From Candidatus Fervidibacter japonicus (GTDB taxonomy: Bacteria > Armatimonadota > Fervidibacteria > Fervidibacterales > Fervidibacteraceae): a DNA stretch of 64,000 nt. The stretch covers positions 6,480-70,479 of the forward strand of contig BEHT01000014.1 of NCBI GenBank assembly GCA_002898575.1, read 5' to 3'. Each line of letters opens with the position of its first letter. Within the stretch, counting starts at the first letter, position 1. The notes beneath the pieces are model-generated. The model did no database searches. It had not been told where the DNA came from and saw only the letters and a program-made list of their open reading frames with translations. Of this stretch, positions 19,053 through 28,588 are shown piece by piece. Position numbers and translations under genes: made by a program.

Positions 19053-20765
19053 ATGAAGTTGAAGGTAGATGGGTTAAGTAAATCCTGCCCCTGGCACCAT
19101 CGCTATGCTGTCGGGGCGTTCGCAGCCGATAGCATGGTGCGCCTTTTAGATGCGCCGGTATCAAACTTGCTATCCCCTTTTCATTCCCCGCTCCTAAAGC
19201 GGTTGGTTCGCTTGCGGCGTGGGTTTACTTTGGACATCACGGGTATTGCCGATAACGACGCTCAGTTTGCAGGGGCAGTCTTAGCAAAAATTGCCCAACG
19301 GGGATTCCCAGCCCCTTGCAGCGCGGCTTTGGAAAGGTTTTTGCTACGGCAAGCGCAAAAAGTAGGCTTGCTACGATGGAGGGAATTAACTGAAGCAGGA
19401 GCACTTATATTTCAGGCGCAACCCAATAGGCAAGACTTAACGGCACTCCTCAAGGCGTGTTATTTTGCCGAATTGCTTCTTGGAGACGAAGAAGCGGAGG
19501 CACTGTTAGATTGCTACCGCTCTCTGTGCACACCGCCAGAGCAGGAGTTTTACGATTTGTTTTACGAAACTTGTCCTGACCCACGCCTTGCCCTTTTCCT
19601 AATACCGCAACGCCTCATGGTCACAATGGTTCGCCTAACAAGACCGACCGAAGAGTTGGGAACTCTTGTTGCCGATAGGCGAGTTGACTTTGCTGTAGAG
19701 ATTCCTGCCTTGAACGGCAGCGATTGGTTTCGCCTTGTCGTGGAAATCGATGATCCTTCTCATACAAATGCTCAAAAAGTTTTAGATGCCAAACGAGATC
19801 ACACACTTAGAAGCAATGGCTGGGAAGTTTGGCGGCTGTCCACAAAGATGAGAAGTGGTTGGAAGGAGCAAGTAAGAGAATTGGTCAAGCGATTGCGCAA
19901 TGCTATCACTGATGAAATCATCCATGCAGCGAAAGTAGTTCGTACTCTCCCGAAGGAGCAGCAACAGGCGTTAATGGAATTGATTTTGCTTCCCGTTGCT
20001 GAAGCGCAATTGACTGTCGCTGTCGCCCGCTGGCTTCACGCTAACGGGACTGCTGAAATCCGTATTGCCAACCCACAAAAGTGGAACTTGCAAATCGTGC
20101 TAAACGGCGTTGACGAATGCCTAACGCACTTGGAGGCACTTTATGGCTTGAGGCACTTTGGTAGACCTTTGCTGGTTGATTCGGAATCGGATGCCAATGC
20201 GGTTTACTTCGCTTTGTCTTCCGCTCAAGCGTGGGAACAGTTGGCTTTGGAAACTCTAACGGTGCTGACACCGACTGTCGCTTTCAGTGACTTTGAAGAC
20301 GCCCTTTTAGAAGGCGCTTTGCCTCGTCCCGTCTCTGAAGAGATGGCTAAAAATGAGCGAGCCCTGGAAAGCACTTTGACTTACTTTCTGCATCAACTGT
20401 TCCGTAAGGAGGGGTTTTGGGAAGGGCAGGTGAAAATTATCAGTCGGGCATTGCAGCATAAACCTGTGGTTGGGCTGTTACCTACAGCAGGAGGTAAATC
20501 TCTTTGTTATCAAATGGCGTCTCTCCTTCAACCCGGCTTCACCATTGTCGCCCAACCCTTGCGCTCCCTCATGTGGGATCAGCAAGACAACCTTGATGCG
20601 ATAGGCATTCACCGCTCCACTGCTATAATGAGCCATGCGGAAATTACGCCCGATGAAGAGGCGCGTCTTAAGGAAGAAGGTTACCGTGCCATTGAAAAGG
20701 GTTGCGCTTTTTCGTCTTTATTTCACCGGAGCGTTTCCAAATTCCAGAGTTCCGCCAACAAGTGA
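19053..20765 (+). CDS. N-terminal part of a DUF559/Vsr-like nuclease-RecQ family helicase fusion (frameshifted at ~20700)
   Basis: RRVDF...LVVEIDDPSH...D..RD..L...GWEVWRL nuclease motif, then helicase motifs LLPTAGGKSLCYQ and QPLRSLM.DQ. Strong SD before ATG 19053; the ORF is open from 19026. Confidence 0.85.
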   Translation: MKLKVDGLSKSCPWHHRYAVGAFAADSMVRLLDAPVSNLLSPFHSPLLKRLVRLRRGFTLDITGIADNDAQFAGAVLAKIAQRGFPAPCSAALERFLLRQAQKVGLLRWRELTEAGALIFQAQPNRQDLTALLKACYFAELLLGDEEAEALLDCYRSLCTPPEQEFYDLFYETCPDPRLALFLIPQRLMVTMVRLTRPTEELGTLVADRRVDFAVEIPALNGSDWFRLVVEIDDPSHTNAQKVLDAKRDHTLRSNGWEVWRLSTKMRSGWKEQVRELVKRLRNAITDEIIHAAKVVRTLPKEQQQALMELILLPVAEAQLTVAVARWLHANGTAEIRIANPQKWNLQIVLNGVDECLTHLEALYGLRHFGRPLLVDSESDANAVYFALSSAQAWEQLALETLTVLTPTVAFSDFEDALLEGALPRPVSEEMAKNERALESTLTYFLHQLFRKEGFWEGQVKIISRALQHKPVVGLLPTAGGKSLCYQMASLLQPGFTIVAQPLRSLMWDQQDNLDAIGIHRSTAIMSHAEITPDEEARLKEEGYRAIEKGCAFSSLFHRSVSKFQSSANK

Positions 20766-22666
20766 AAACTTTTATCGGCAGTTATCCTATCCCTTACTGC
20801 ATTGTGGATGAAGCTCACTGCGTTAGTGAATGGGGACATGACTTCCGACCTGCCTATTTGAATTTGGGATGGTTAGTGCCTCAACTGTGTGAGCACCGAG
20901 GTTACAGCCCAACCTTTATCGCTTTAACCGGCACCGCCTCCCCAAATGTGCTGACCGACATCCTTCGGGAGTTGGGTATCCTTGACCCTGAGGCAACGGT
21001 GATGCCTGAAAACTTTGATAGATCCGAATTGGACTTTAATGTTATAAAGGTTAGGTCTGAAGAGCGATTTGATGTTTTAAAATCGCTTTTCAAAAACCTC
21101 GTCGGCTATCGCCCTGGGCAACCAATGACAAATTTGCCCAGCGGTCTGATTTTCACTTACTTTGTCAATGACCGACAAATAGGTGCTGCTCATTTGAGAA
21201 ACGAGTTAAAAAATGCGTTTCCCGAATTGAGCGACGCCATCGATGTCTATTCTGGCGAAAAGCCTTATTGGTGGTTTAAGCGAAGTGATCGAGATTGGGA
21301 ATTGTGGAAGATTAAGTTACAACAACGGTTCAAGCGCAACGAAGTTCCTATTTTCGTTTGCACCCACTCGTTTGGAATGGGCATAGACAAGCCTGACATT
21401 CGCTTCACTGTCCATGTGATGCTCCCTCGGTCGCTGGAGGAGTTCTATCAACAGGCGGGACGAGCAGGAAGAGACCGTAAAAGTAGCCATTGCTACATCA
21501 TCTTTTCAGATGACCAACCTGAATTAGCCGACGAGGTTCTTGACCCGGTTCATGTTCCCATTGAGAGAACAAGTGAATTGGTACAAGAGATTCCGCGCAA
21601 ACAGCAAAGCGATGCCCTCCGCAACACTTGGTTTTTGCGGAACAGTTTCTTGGGCAAGGACAGCGATAAGCGCATTGTGGGTTATGTTTGGCAACACCTA
21701 ACATTAAACCTACCAACTCGTGAGAGAGACCGAAGACAAGTAGAATTACCTTTTGATTTCCTTCCAAACGACCTTGTGGGAGGCGAGGGTGATTTATCCG
21801 AACGCAAGCAACAGGCGTTAGAAAAGGCGATTTATCGCCTGCTTGCCGTCGGTGCTGTGGACGATTACATGAAGGACTACACGGGTAGTAAATTCATCGT
21901 TTCTCTCATCCGTCGCCCAATTAAGAAATTGGATGAGCGCTTCAAAGAATACTTGAGCCGCTATGCGACGGAAGGTGAAATCAGGCGATATTTGCCTGAA
22001 AGGAAACCACACAATTACAGTGAAGCTGTCCTAATTTACGCCCATCAGGTTGTGGAGTTTGTTTATGACCGGATTGAGCGGCGAAGGCGTAGGGCGATGT
22101 GGGAGATGCTGCAGGCTGCCAGGGATGCTACGCGTTTGGGCATCCAAAAGTTTCGTGAACAATTGAACAACTACATGGCAGAATCCGAATTCACACAGCC
22201 TGTCAAGGAGTTGACAAAGCGCATTTTGCCAGTGGAGTGGTTTGATTTGCTGAGAAAAGCCGAGGGCGTGGACGGATTGGTCAAGTTGTTTGGGGCTTGC
22301 CGAAGGCAGTTGGAAGAGTTTCCAGAACATCCTGGCTTATTGCTCTTAACAGGCTTTTGTCGCCTCCATTACGGCGACGAAGGATTGCGAGATATCGGTG
22401 ATGCATTCCTTATCTTGCGGAGAGATTATCCCAAAGTCAATTGCTATGAGGTTGCTCAACGCTTAATTGCCGTGACAAAAGAACGCTTTCCTACCAAACT
22501 GGACAAAGCAGTGGAAGCGATTTTAAACAGTGACTCTTCACGGGAAATGGCACGCTTATGTTATGCTGAAGCGCCGCCCTACGGTTCTGCATATACCAAA
22601 GCGCTCTTCATACTTGTAAGCGGTGTCTTGAAAATTTTGGGAAAGGATGGTGAGCGAAATGAGTGA
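20702..22666 (+). CDS. C-terminal part of the same RecQ-family helicase (motifs Ib-VI plus a long C-terminal extension)
   Basis: SPERF, VDEAHCVSEWGHDFRPAY, LTGTAS, FGMGIDKPDIR and YQQAGRAGRD motifs. It has no SD of its own and continues the upstream ORF in the -1 frame. Confidence 0.88.
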   Translation: MRFFVFISPERFQIPEFRQQVKTFIGSYPIPYCIVDEAHCVSEWGHDFRPAYLNLGWLVPQLCEHRGYSPTFIALTGTASPNVLTDILRELGILDPEATVMPENFDRSELDFNVIKVRSEERFDVLKSLFKNLVGYRPGQPMTNLPSGLIFTYFVNDRQIGAAHLRNELKNAFPELSDAIDVYSGEKPYWWFKRSDRDWELWKIKLQQRFKRNEVPIFVCTHSFGMGIDKPDIRFTVHVMLPRSLEEFYQQAGRAGRDRKSSHCYIIFSDDQPELADEVLDPVHVPIERTSELVQEIPRKQQSDALRNTWFLRNSFLGKDSDKRIVGYVWQHLTLNLPTRERDRRQVELPFDFLPNDLVGGEGDLSERKQQALEKAIYRLLAVGAVDDYMKDYTGSKFIVSLIRRPIKKLDERFKEYLSRYATEGEIRRYLPERKPHNYSEAVLIYAHQVVEFVYDRIERRRRRAMWEMLQAARDATRLGIQKFREQLNNYMAESEFTQPVKELTKRILPVEWFDLLRKAEGVDGLVKLFGACRRQLEEFPEHPGLLLLTGFCRLHYGDEGLRDIGDAFLILRRDYPKVNCYEVAQRLIAVTKERFPTKLDKAVEAILNSDSSREMARLCYAEAPPYGSAYTKALFILVSGVLKILGKDGERNE

Positions 22667-23480
22667 GTTGAGAAGCGAAGTGCTGCAGGCTGAGGTCGCT
22701 ATCCGCCAATTAGCAGAGGAGTTAGCGAGAGCGAAAGGTGTCACTGAGAAGGTAGCAATCGTGGAACGAAAGCTTAACGAGGCGGCTGAAGCTTTGGAAC
22801 AGAGTTGCAAGGCACTAGAAGGAGCGCAAGAGGAATTAACAAGAACAGCAGCACAAGCGCGGCTCGCTTTATTCTCCGCCTCAGAGGAGAACCGCAAAGC
22901 GTTGGAAGGAGCAAGGAAGTCGGTGCAGGAAATGGTGGCACAGGCTCAGGCTTCTTTGAACTCCGCTGAGAAACTTCTATATCAAGCCAGCAACCAGTTA
23001 AGCCAAAGTTCCCAAGCAATTGCCTCCGAAGTTCGACAAGGCATCGCAGAGTTTGGGGAGCAGGTTCAGGCTACTTTGAATAATGCTATAGAAAATTTGC
23101 GCCGAGTTAGCGACCAACTAAGCCAGAGTTCTCAAGCCCTATCGTCCAGCGTCGGTCAGGCAATCAAGGATTTCGGCGAGCGGGTTCGTCAGACACTCCA
23201 ACAAGCCTATCAAAACATGCAGGAGCAACTTAACACTACTATCGTGGAGGCACAAAAGGCACTTATCAATGCAGCCAATTCATTGACGGAACTTCAGACA
23301 GGCTTTGAACGAGATGTGAGTGCCCTGACACAACAAAATGAGCGAATGTTGCAGCACATCGCTCAGCAAGATGTGGAAATAAAGAGGCTTTCAAAGTGGC
23401 TCAAGTTTTCCCTCATCCTTTCTGCCTTTTTAACCTTTACCAGCATCGCTGTTGTTATCTTACTATTAATCAGGCGATGA
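22659..23480 (+). CDS. Coiled-coil protein with a C-terminal transmembrane anchor
   Basis: A/E/Q/L-rich heptad sequence with an internal 40-aa duplication and a C-terminal hydrophobic helix (FSLILSAFLTFTSIAVVILLLIRR). The start overlaps the helicase stop; the ORF is open from 22647. Confidence 0.8.
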   Translation: MSELRSEVLQAEVAIRQLAEELARAKGVTEKVAIVERKLNEAAEALEQSCKALEGAQEELTRTAAQARLALFSASEENRKALEGARKSVQEMVAQAQASLNSAEKLLYQASNQLSQSSQAIASEVRQGIAEFGEQVQATLNNAIENLRRVSDQLSQSSQALSSSVGQAIKDFGERVRQTLQQAYQNMQEQLNTTIVEAQKALINAANSLTELQTGFERDVSALTQQNERMLQHIAQQDVEIKRLSKWLKFSLILSAFLTFTSIAVVILLLIRR

Positions 23481-23559
23481 GAGAAACTCATTCAATGTTT
23501 GAGTGTACCTGAGGGTGAATGGGAGACATAGTTAATTTTGAGAAAAAACCGTTTGGCAC

Positions 23560-23769
23560 TTCCTCTTTGAACAACGATGCTAATCTCGCCAAAGGAAGTC
23601 CAACGACATTGAAGTAGCAGCCGACAATTTTTGTGACGAAGATTAAGGCTTTGCCTTAAATGCTGTAAGCGCCAGTTTTGTCCATAGGTTCGCCTATTGA
23701 GATGTAGACACCGATTTCGTCGTCGCTTAATTGACGGAAAGTCACAAGCGTGGTTTCTGCAGTTTCGTA
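23560..23769 (-). pseudogene. maf: Maf family nucleotide pyrophosphatase, 3' remnant with an internal stop
   Basis: Hand translation: [57 protein letters not shown] at 23656-23658 sits where the conserved Q of GAYGIQG is expected; there is no 5' part. Confidence 0.8.
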
Positions 23770-23770
23770 T

Positions 23771-23889
23771 GAAGGGCGTATCTCCTAGACGCGATGATTT
23801 TTCTTTTTGCGGCTGCTCGGGAGAGCAGCCCTCCGATTGGAACGAGATTTTTCCGCTGTCTTTTAGGAGTTGCGTCTCCTGACGCACCG
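23771..23889. repeat. Cluster of three REP-like palindromes
   Basis: GAAG-GGCGTATC-TCCT-AGACGCG (+, degenerate), GGAG-GGCTGCTC-TCCC-GAGCAGCC (-, 23810-23834) and GGAG-TTGCGTC-TCCT-GACGCA (+, 23866-23889). Confidence 0.65.
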
Positions 23890-24045
23890 TTGTGTTTTGG
23901 TGCCGCTGATCCTCGCAGCGACCGAGAGAACCGACATCCGATTGAAGAGATTTCTCCCTCAATGGCTCCCTTCTTGAAAGGACTCATCTACTGACACATC
24001 TGACATATTGAATTTTTTCTCCTGACCCTTGCCATTCAGCACAAT

Positions 24046-25932
24046 TTACCATCCGCTATAAAGTGCCCAGCCGATCCAGCCGTGTTCGCCTGGCTTGAGG
24101 CGGAACTCACGAGTTTCGCCACCGCGGCGCTCACGCACCTTGACATTGTATGTTGGTGCGTTGAAGGCAATTTCGCGAATTCCCATCACGCACATTTTTG
24201 CGTTGTCAATGTCAAAGATGGGGCGATTGTCTTCTGGAGGTGTTCCGAAACCATACATGAAAACGCCGAAAACTTCTGTGCGCCCATCGTCAGAAGTCCG
24301 GATGCGAACACCTCGCCCTTCACTCTTCATACCCAAAATCCACAAATTGCCGCCAGCGTTGATGACCAATCCGACATCGCTGTCGCCTTCGGGATCAAGT
24401 TGCCTCGCCCATAAACTTTGACCTTTGCTGCGAATTTCAACATGGGACGGACAGTTCGTCACGAAAATATCGCCCTTGCCAGTGCCAAGGACTTTTAGGT
24501 CGCAGTTTCCAAGGACAAGCACTCGGTTCCTTGAACGGTTTTCAACAATCGGAGGGCGTTTACCGAAGGCTTGAATGTTCTCAAACTTGACAACAGGTGC
24601 GCTTTTGTCGTCAACGATGAACTTTCCGTTTTCACCTGCGATAATGCGCCCGAAACCCAAACCGATGATGTGCCTGACTGTGCCGCGAATGTAAACTTCG
24701 CCGTTGAGCGTATACCAGTTAGGGTCACTGCCTCCAATTCCGCGCAAATAGACGACGGTCTTTCGGTTGGCTGCAGCGAAGTCAATGGCTCTTTGAATCG
24801 CTTCAGTGTCGTCCTTGTTGTCTCCATAGACAGCCCCGAAATCGTTGGCGCAGACCCAATTGTTCGGGTTCGTTTCCCAAGGCACGATGGGTTCTCGTTT
24901 GATCGGTAACTTCATTGCCTGCGATGGTGCTTCGTCAAAAAGTCGCTTGACATCGTGCGAGACAAATTCAGCGACTGTGGGACCAGCAGCGTAATGGGGC
25001 TCACCTTTTAGAGGTTCACTTTTTATCGCCAATTTGAACCCGCTAACTGTGATGTCACGAGCGTAAAGGACACCTTGATTTAGAATTGCGGGACCGTTCG
25101 GATCACCTTTAACGAAGCGCCCACCGACAATCGCCAAAACCCCAGACCACCAGAACCAATCGTTGGGCAGTTTATTGTGGATGGGCAAAGGGGTGTTTTC
25201 CACGACCAAATCCTCAACAGCGACCGAGTTACCCTCAACCTCCAAACCGACTTTACAGTTGCGAATTGTAACCCTTGACAATGTTTGTCCCCACATCCAC
25301 GCGCTCCTTATCCCAACCTCAAACCCCTCAACGATCGTGTCCTGAACGATGTTCGGACCGTTCAAGTTCATGAAGGAGTTAATGCCGATTCTACCACGCC
25401 CCTTTACTCGCACATTCTTGATGATTCCAGTGTTGTTGGAGAAGAAACGGACGCCGTCGGTGTTCGGGTTATTGCCGACATCAATTGTCAAGTTGTAAAT
25501 CGTCCGCATAAACCAGTCGGCTGAACCAGGGTTTTCGTCACGCGGGTGAGTTTGCAAAACAGCGTCAACATTGGCGCCATCGTCAAGTCTGATGATCACA
25601 CCGTCGCGGGATTGACCGTAAACCCAAGGTCCAATACCAGACCTGTTCTCTGGGAACTGAACAACCAACTTCCTTGTCACTCGGTAAACGCCGTTAGGGA
25701 TGTAAAGCACTTTCGTGTTCGTTCCTTGTCGGCTGCAACTCAAGTGAATTCCTTTCTGCAACGCTTCGGTATCGTCGTGAATACCATCGCCTTTTGCTCC
25801 CAAGTCTCGTTTGACATCAATGACAGCGTTGGGGTCGTTGGGGAAAACGACACCCTTTGCCGAGGGAGCAGGGGAGGACAAAAGGAGAGTGGCAAACACA
25901 CCAATCGCAATTGCAGCGATAAGATACCTCAT
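24046..25932 (-). CDS. Secreted beta-helix carbohydrate-active protein (pectate lyase superfamily 3 / GH55-like)
   Basis: Signal peptide and two copies of the GAKGDG..DDTEALQ / GAVYGDNKDDTEAIQRAI starter motif. Confidence 0.75.
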   Translation of the reverse strand: MRYLIAAIAIGVFATLLLSSPAPSAKGVVFPNDPNAVIDVKRDLGAKGDGIHDDTEALQKGIHLSCSRQGTNTKVLYIPNGVYRVTRKLVVQFPENRSGIGPWVYGQSRDGVIIRLDDGANVDAVLQTHPRDENPGSADWFMRTIYNLTIDVGNNPNTDGVRFFSNNTGIIKNVRVKGRGRIGINSFMNLNGPNIVQDTIVEGFEVGIRSAWMWGQTLSRVTIRNCKVGLEVEGNSVAVEDLVVENTPLPIHNKLPNDWFWWSGVLAIVGGRFVKGDPNGPAILNQGVLYARDITVSGFKLAIKSEPLKGEPHYAAGPTVAEFVSHDVKRLFDEAPSQAMKLPIKREPIVPWETNPNNWVCANDFGAVYGDNKDDTEAIQRAIDFAAANRKTVVYLRGIGGSDPNWYTLNGEVYIRGTVRHIIGLGFGRIIAGENGKFIVDDKSAPVVKFENIQAFGKRPPIVENRSRNRVLVLGNCDLKVLGTGKGDIFVTNCPSHVEIRSKGQSLWARQLDPEGDSDVGLVINAGGNLWILGMKSEGRGVRIRTSDDGRTEVFGVFMYGFGTPPEDNRPIFDIDNAKMCVMGIREIAFNAPTYNVKVRERRGGETREFRLKPGEHGWIGWALYSGW

Positions 25933-25998
25933 CGCAAGTCACCTCCTAATCCAAGTCGCTTTGTTGAATAACTTTCGCCACTTGAACCTGAGACCCCA

Positions 25999-26027
25999 TT
26001 AATAGCACAATTACTCCCGCCTGTCAA
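25999..26027 (-). promoter_or_regulatory. Sigma70-type promoter for the GH55-like gene
   Basis: TTGACA-17 nt-TATTAA with an extended TG on the minus strand, about 65 nt upstream of the ATG. Confidence 0.6.
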
Positions 26028-26042
26028 ACCTTAGTAAACAAT

Positions 26043-26454
26043 GTGTTCAACTGGCTTCTCAGCGATATCATAAGAACCGCCGCGAGTATCAGCGTCGACC
26101 CCGATACATGGCGAGTTGTTTGCTCTCAATCGGTTTCTTGGGGGAAAGTGTTGAGGGGCTGGGATGTCCGCACATTAGAGGTTTTGGTTCAACGACGGTG
26201 GCATGATTATCTACGACGGTTGGCGCTCCCGCCGCTGTTCCGTTCGTTGCCTGAACGGCTGCAGCAAACCGAAGTTTACTCGGTTTTAGCGCTGCCAGAA
26301 GCAGCGGAAACTTTGCGGCGATTGGTGTCGGCTTGAGGTAGGCGATTGACGGTGACGGAACAGAAGCGGGAGCCATAAAGGTAGACGCGGGACGAAACGG
26401 TGCATTGGGTTGTTTCAACGGGCAGTGGGCGGAGTTGCTGGACGGGTGAGGTGA
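26043..26454 (+). pseudogene. Possible decayed gene of unknown identity
   Basis: One frame reads as backbone-like protein through three stops (TGA 26334, TAA 26376, TAG 26382). No family recognised. Confidence 0.25.
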
Positions 26455-26559
26455 TTGTGATGAACCCGCTTCGGCGGTGTCCGAAGTTCACATCGCCGTC
26501 GCTGACTTGTTGCCCGCACGGTGGGGCGTAATTTAACGCCGCGTCAGGAGGTGACCGCG

Positions 26560-27447
26560 ATGACCTTCCAAGATTTGCTGATGGCACTGCAACGGTTCTG
26601 GGCGGAGCAAGGGTGCTTGATCGTACAGCCTTTTGACATGGAAGTTGGGGCGGGGACGATGCACCCGGCGACGGCACTGCGGGTGCTTGGTCCTGAGCCG
26701 TGGAATGTGGCGTATGTGCAGCCGTCGCGGCGCCCGACGGACGGGCGTTACGGTGAAAACCCCAATCGGCTGCAGCACTACTATCAGTTTCAGGTCATCA
26801 TGAAGCCAGCCCCGAGTGACATTCAGGACATTTACCTTGAAAGTTTGCGGCGGTTGGGCATCAACCCCGAAGAGCACGATATCCGCTTTGTGGAAGACGA
26901 TTGGGAGTCTCCGACCTTAGGTGCTGCGGGTGTCGGTTGGGAAGTGTGGCTGGACGGGATGGAAATCACCCAGTTCACCTACTTCCAGCAAATGGGCGGC
27001 GTTGAACTCAACCCCGTCAGTGTGGAAATCACCTACGGACCCGAGCGCATCGCGATGTATCTGCAAGGCGTGGACAGCGTGTTTGACTTGGAGTGGGCGC
27101 ACGGGGTCACCTACGGTGAACTGCACAAACGCACCGAATACGAGGGCAGCATTTACAACTTTGAACTGGCGGACACAGATATGCTTTTTCAGCTGTTTGA
27201 CCTGTTTGAGCGGGAAGCGGAACGGATCTTGGGTGCAGGCTTGGTCTTTCCCGCCTTTGAATACACGCTGAAGTGTTCGCACACTTTCAATTTGCTGGAC
27301 AGTCGGGGGGCGTTGAGCGTGATGGAACGGACGCGTTACATCAAGCGGGTGCAACGCTTGGCGCGTCAGTGCGCTGAGGCGTATTTGCGGCTGCGGGAAG
27401 AGTTGGGCTACCCGCTGCTGCAAGGCGCCGCGTTTGCCCGGCAGTGA
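26560..27447 (+). CDS. glyQ: Glycine--tRNA ligase alpha subunit
   Basis: [43 protein letters not shown] and [12 protein letters not shown] motifs. GGAGG SD before ATG 26560. Confidence 0.98.
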   Translation: MTFQDLLMALQRFWAEQGCLIVQPFDMEVGAGTMHPATALRVLGPEPWNVAYVQPSRRPTDGRYGENPNRLQHYYQFQVIMKPAPSDIQDIYLESLRRLGINPEEHDIRFVEDDWESPTLGAAGVGWEVWLDGMEITQFTYFQQMGGVELNPVSVEITYGPERIAMYLQGVDSVFDLEWAHGVTYGELHKRTEYEGSIYNFELADTDMLFQLFDLFEREAERILGAGLVFPAFEYTLKCSHTFNLLDSRGALSVMERTRYIKRVQRLARQCAEAYLRLREELGYPLLQGAAFARQ

Positions 27448-27514
27448 CAAGGGCGATGCGTGCCAAAATTGCCGTCGGTTTTTCACCCCAACCGGTAAGG
27501 AGGCGAAGGAAACG

Positions 27515-28588
27515 ATGGCGGTCATCTATTACGACAGCGATGCCAGTTTGACACCGTTGGAGGGTAAAACGATTGCGGTCATTGGCTATGGCAGTCAAGG
27601 GCACGCCCACGCCCAAAACTTGCGCGACAGCGGGCTGAAAGTCGTCGTCGGGTTGCGCAGGGGCAGCAAAAGTTGGGAACGGGTACAACAGGACGGTCTG
27701 ACACCGATGGAAATTCCCGATGCGGTTAAAGCAGCAGATGTGATTGCGTTGTTGGTGCCTGACACCGAAATGCCCGCCCTTTACAGAGAGCACATCGCGC
27801 CCTACCTGAAAGACGGCGCGGCGTTGCTGTTTGCGCACGGGTTCAACATCCATTACCGCCAGATCGTCCCGCCTACGACGGTGGATGTCGTCATGGTTGC
27901 GCCCAAAGGTCCGGGCAACTTGGTGCGGCAAATGTTCGTGGAGGGCAAAGGTGTGCCCGCGCTTATCGCCGTCCACCAAGACTACACGGGGCATGCCAAA
28001 CAACTTGCCCTTGCTTACGCCAAAGGTTTGGGGGCGACGAAAGCGGGTGTCATTGAAACGACCTTCGCTGAAGAGACGGAGACGGATTTGTTTGGCGAGC
28101 AATGCGTGCTGTGCGGGGGCGTGACGGAACTCATTCGGGCAGGCTTTGAGACGCTGGTGGAAGCAGGCTACCAACCCGAAGTCGCCTACTTTGAGTGCCT
28201 GCACGAGCTCAAACTCATCGTGGACTTGATTTACGCGCAAGGCATCAGCGGGATGCGTTATTGGATCAGCGACACCGCCAAGTATGGCGATGTGACGCGG
28301 GGGCGACGCGTTATCGGTGAAGAGACACGCAAAGCGATGAAGCAAATCCTTGAGGAAATCCGTAGCGGGCAGTTCGCGCGGGAGTGGATTTTGGAGAACC
28401 AAGCGGGGCGTCCCGTCTTCCACGCGGAATTGACCCGCCAAAGCCAGCACTTGATTGAGCAAGTCGGCGCGCGCCTGCGGCAAATGATGGCATGGCTGCA
28501 GCAAACACAACAACGCGTCCCTGCCAGCCAAGTCATCAAGGAACGGGAGCCCGTGCCGGTCAAGCGGCAGGACCAAGAGGCACGGTGA
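27515..28588 (+). CDS. ilvC: Ketol-acid reductoisomerase
   Basis: [32 protein letters not shown] and ETDLFGEQ motifs. Confidence 0.98.
   Translation: MAVIYYDSDASLTPLEGKTIAVIGYGSQGHAHAQNLRDSGLKVVVGLRRGSKSWERVQQDGLTPMEIPDAVKAADVIALLVPDTEMPALYREHIAPYLKDGAALLFAHGFNIHYRQIVPPTTVDVVMVAPKGPGNLVRQMFVEGKGVPALIAVHQDYTGHAKQLALAYAKGLGATKAGVIETTFAEETETDLFGEQCVLCGGVTELIRAGFETLVEAGYQPEVAYFECLHELKLIVDLIYAQGISGMRYWISDTAKYGDVTRGRRVIGEETRKAMKQILEEIRSGQFAREWILENQAGRPVFHAELTRQSQHLIEQVGARLRQMMAWLQQTQQRVPASQVIKEREPVPVKRQDQEAR

Noticed and set aside
23492-23962. 156-aa minus-strand ORF
   Set aside because: No SD or motif. A different frame of the same DNA is clearly a maf remnant, and its upstream part consists of REP palindromes.
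18900-26100. Integrase, IS or att direct repeats bounding the island
   Set aside because: No recombinase or transposase ORF, and no matching terminal repeats found by eye; a computational repeat search is still needed.
26455-26559. T-box leader upstream of glyQ
   Set aside because: No T-box consensus (GGTGG.ACCGCG) or terminator; only a short TTCG-loop hairpin.
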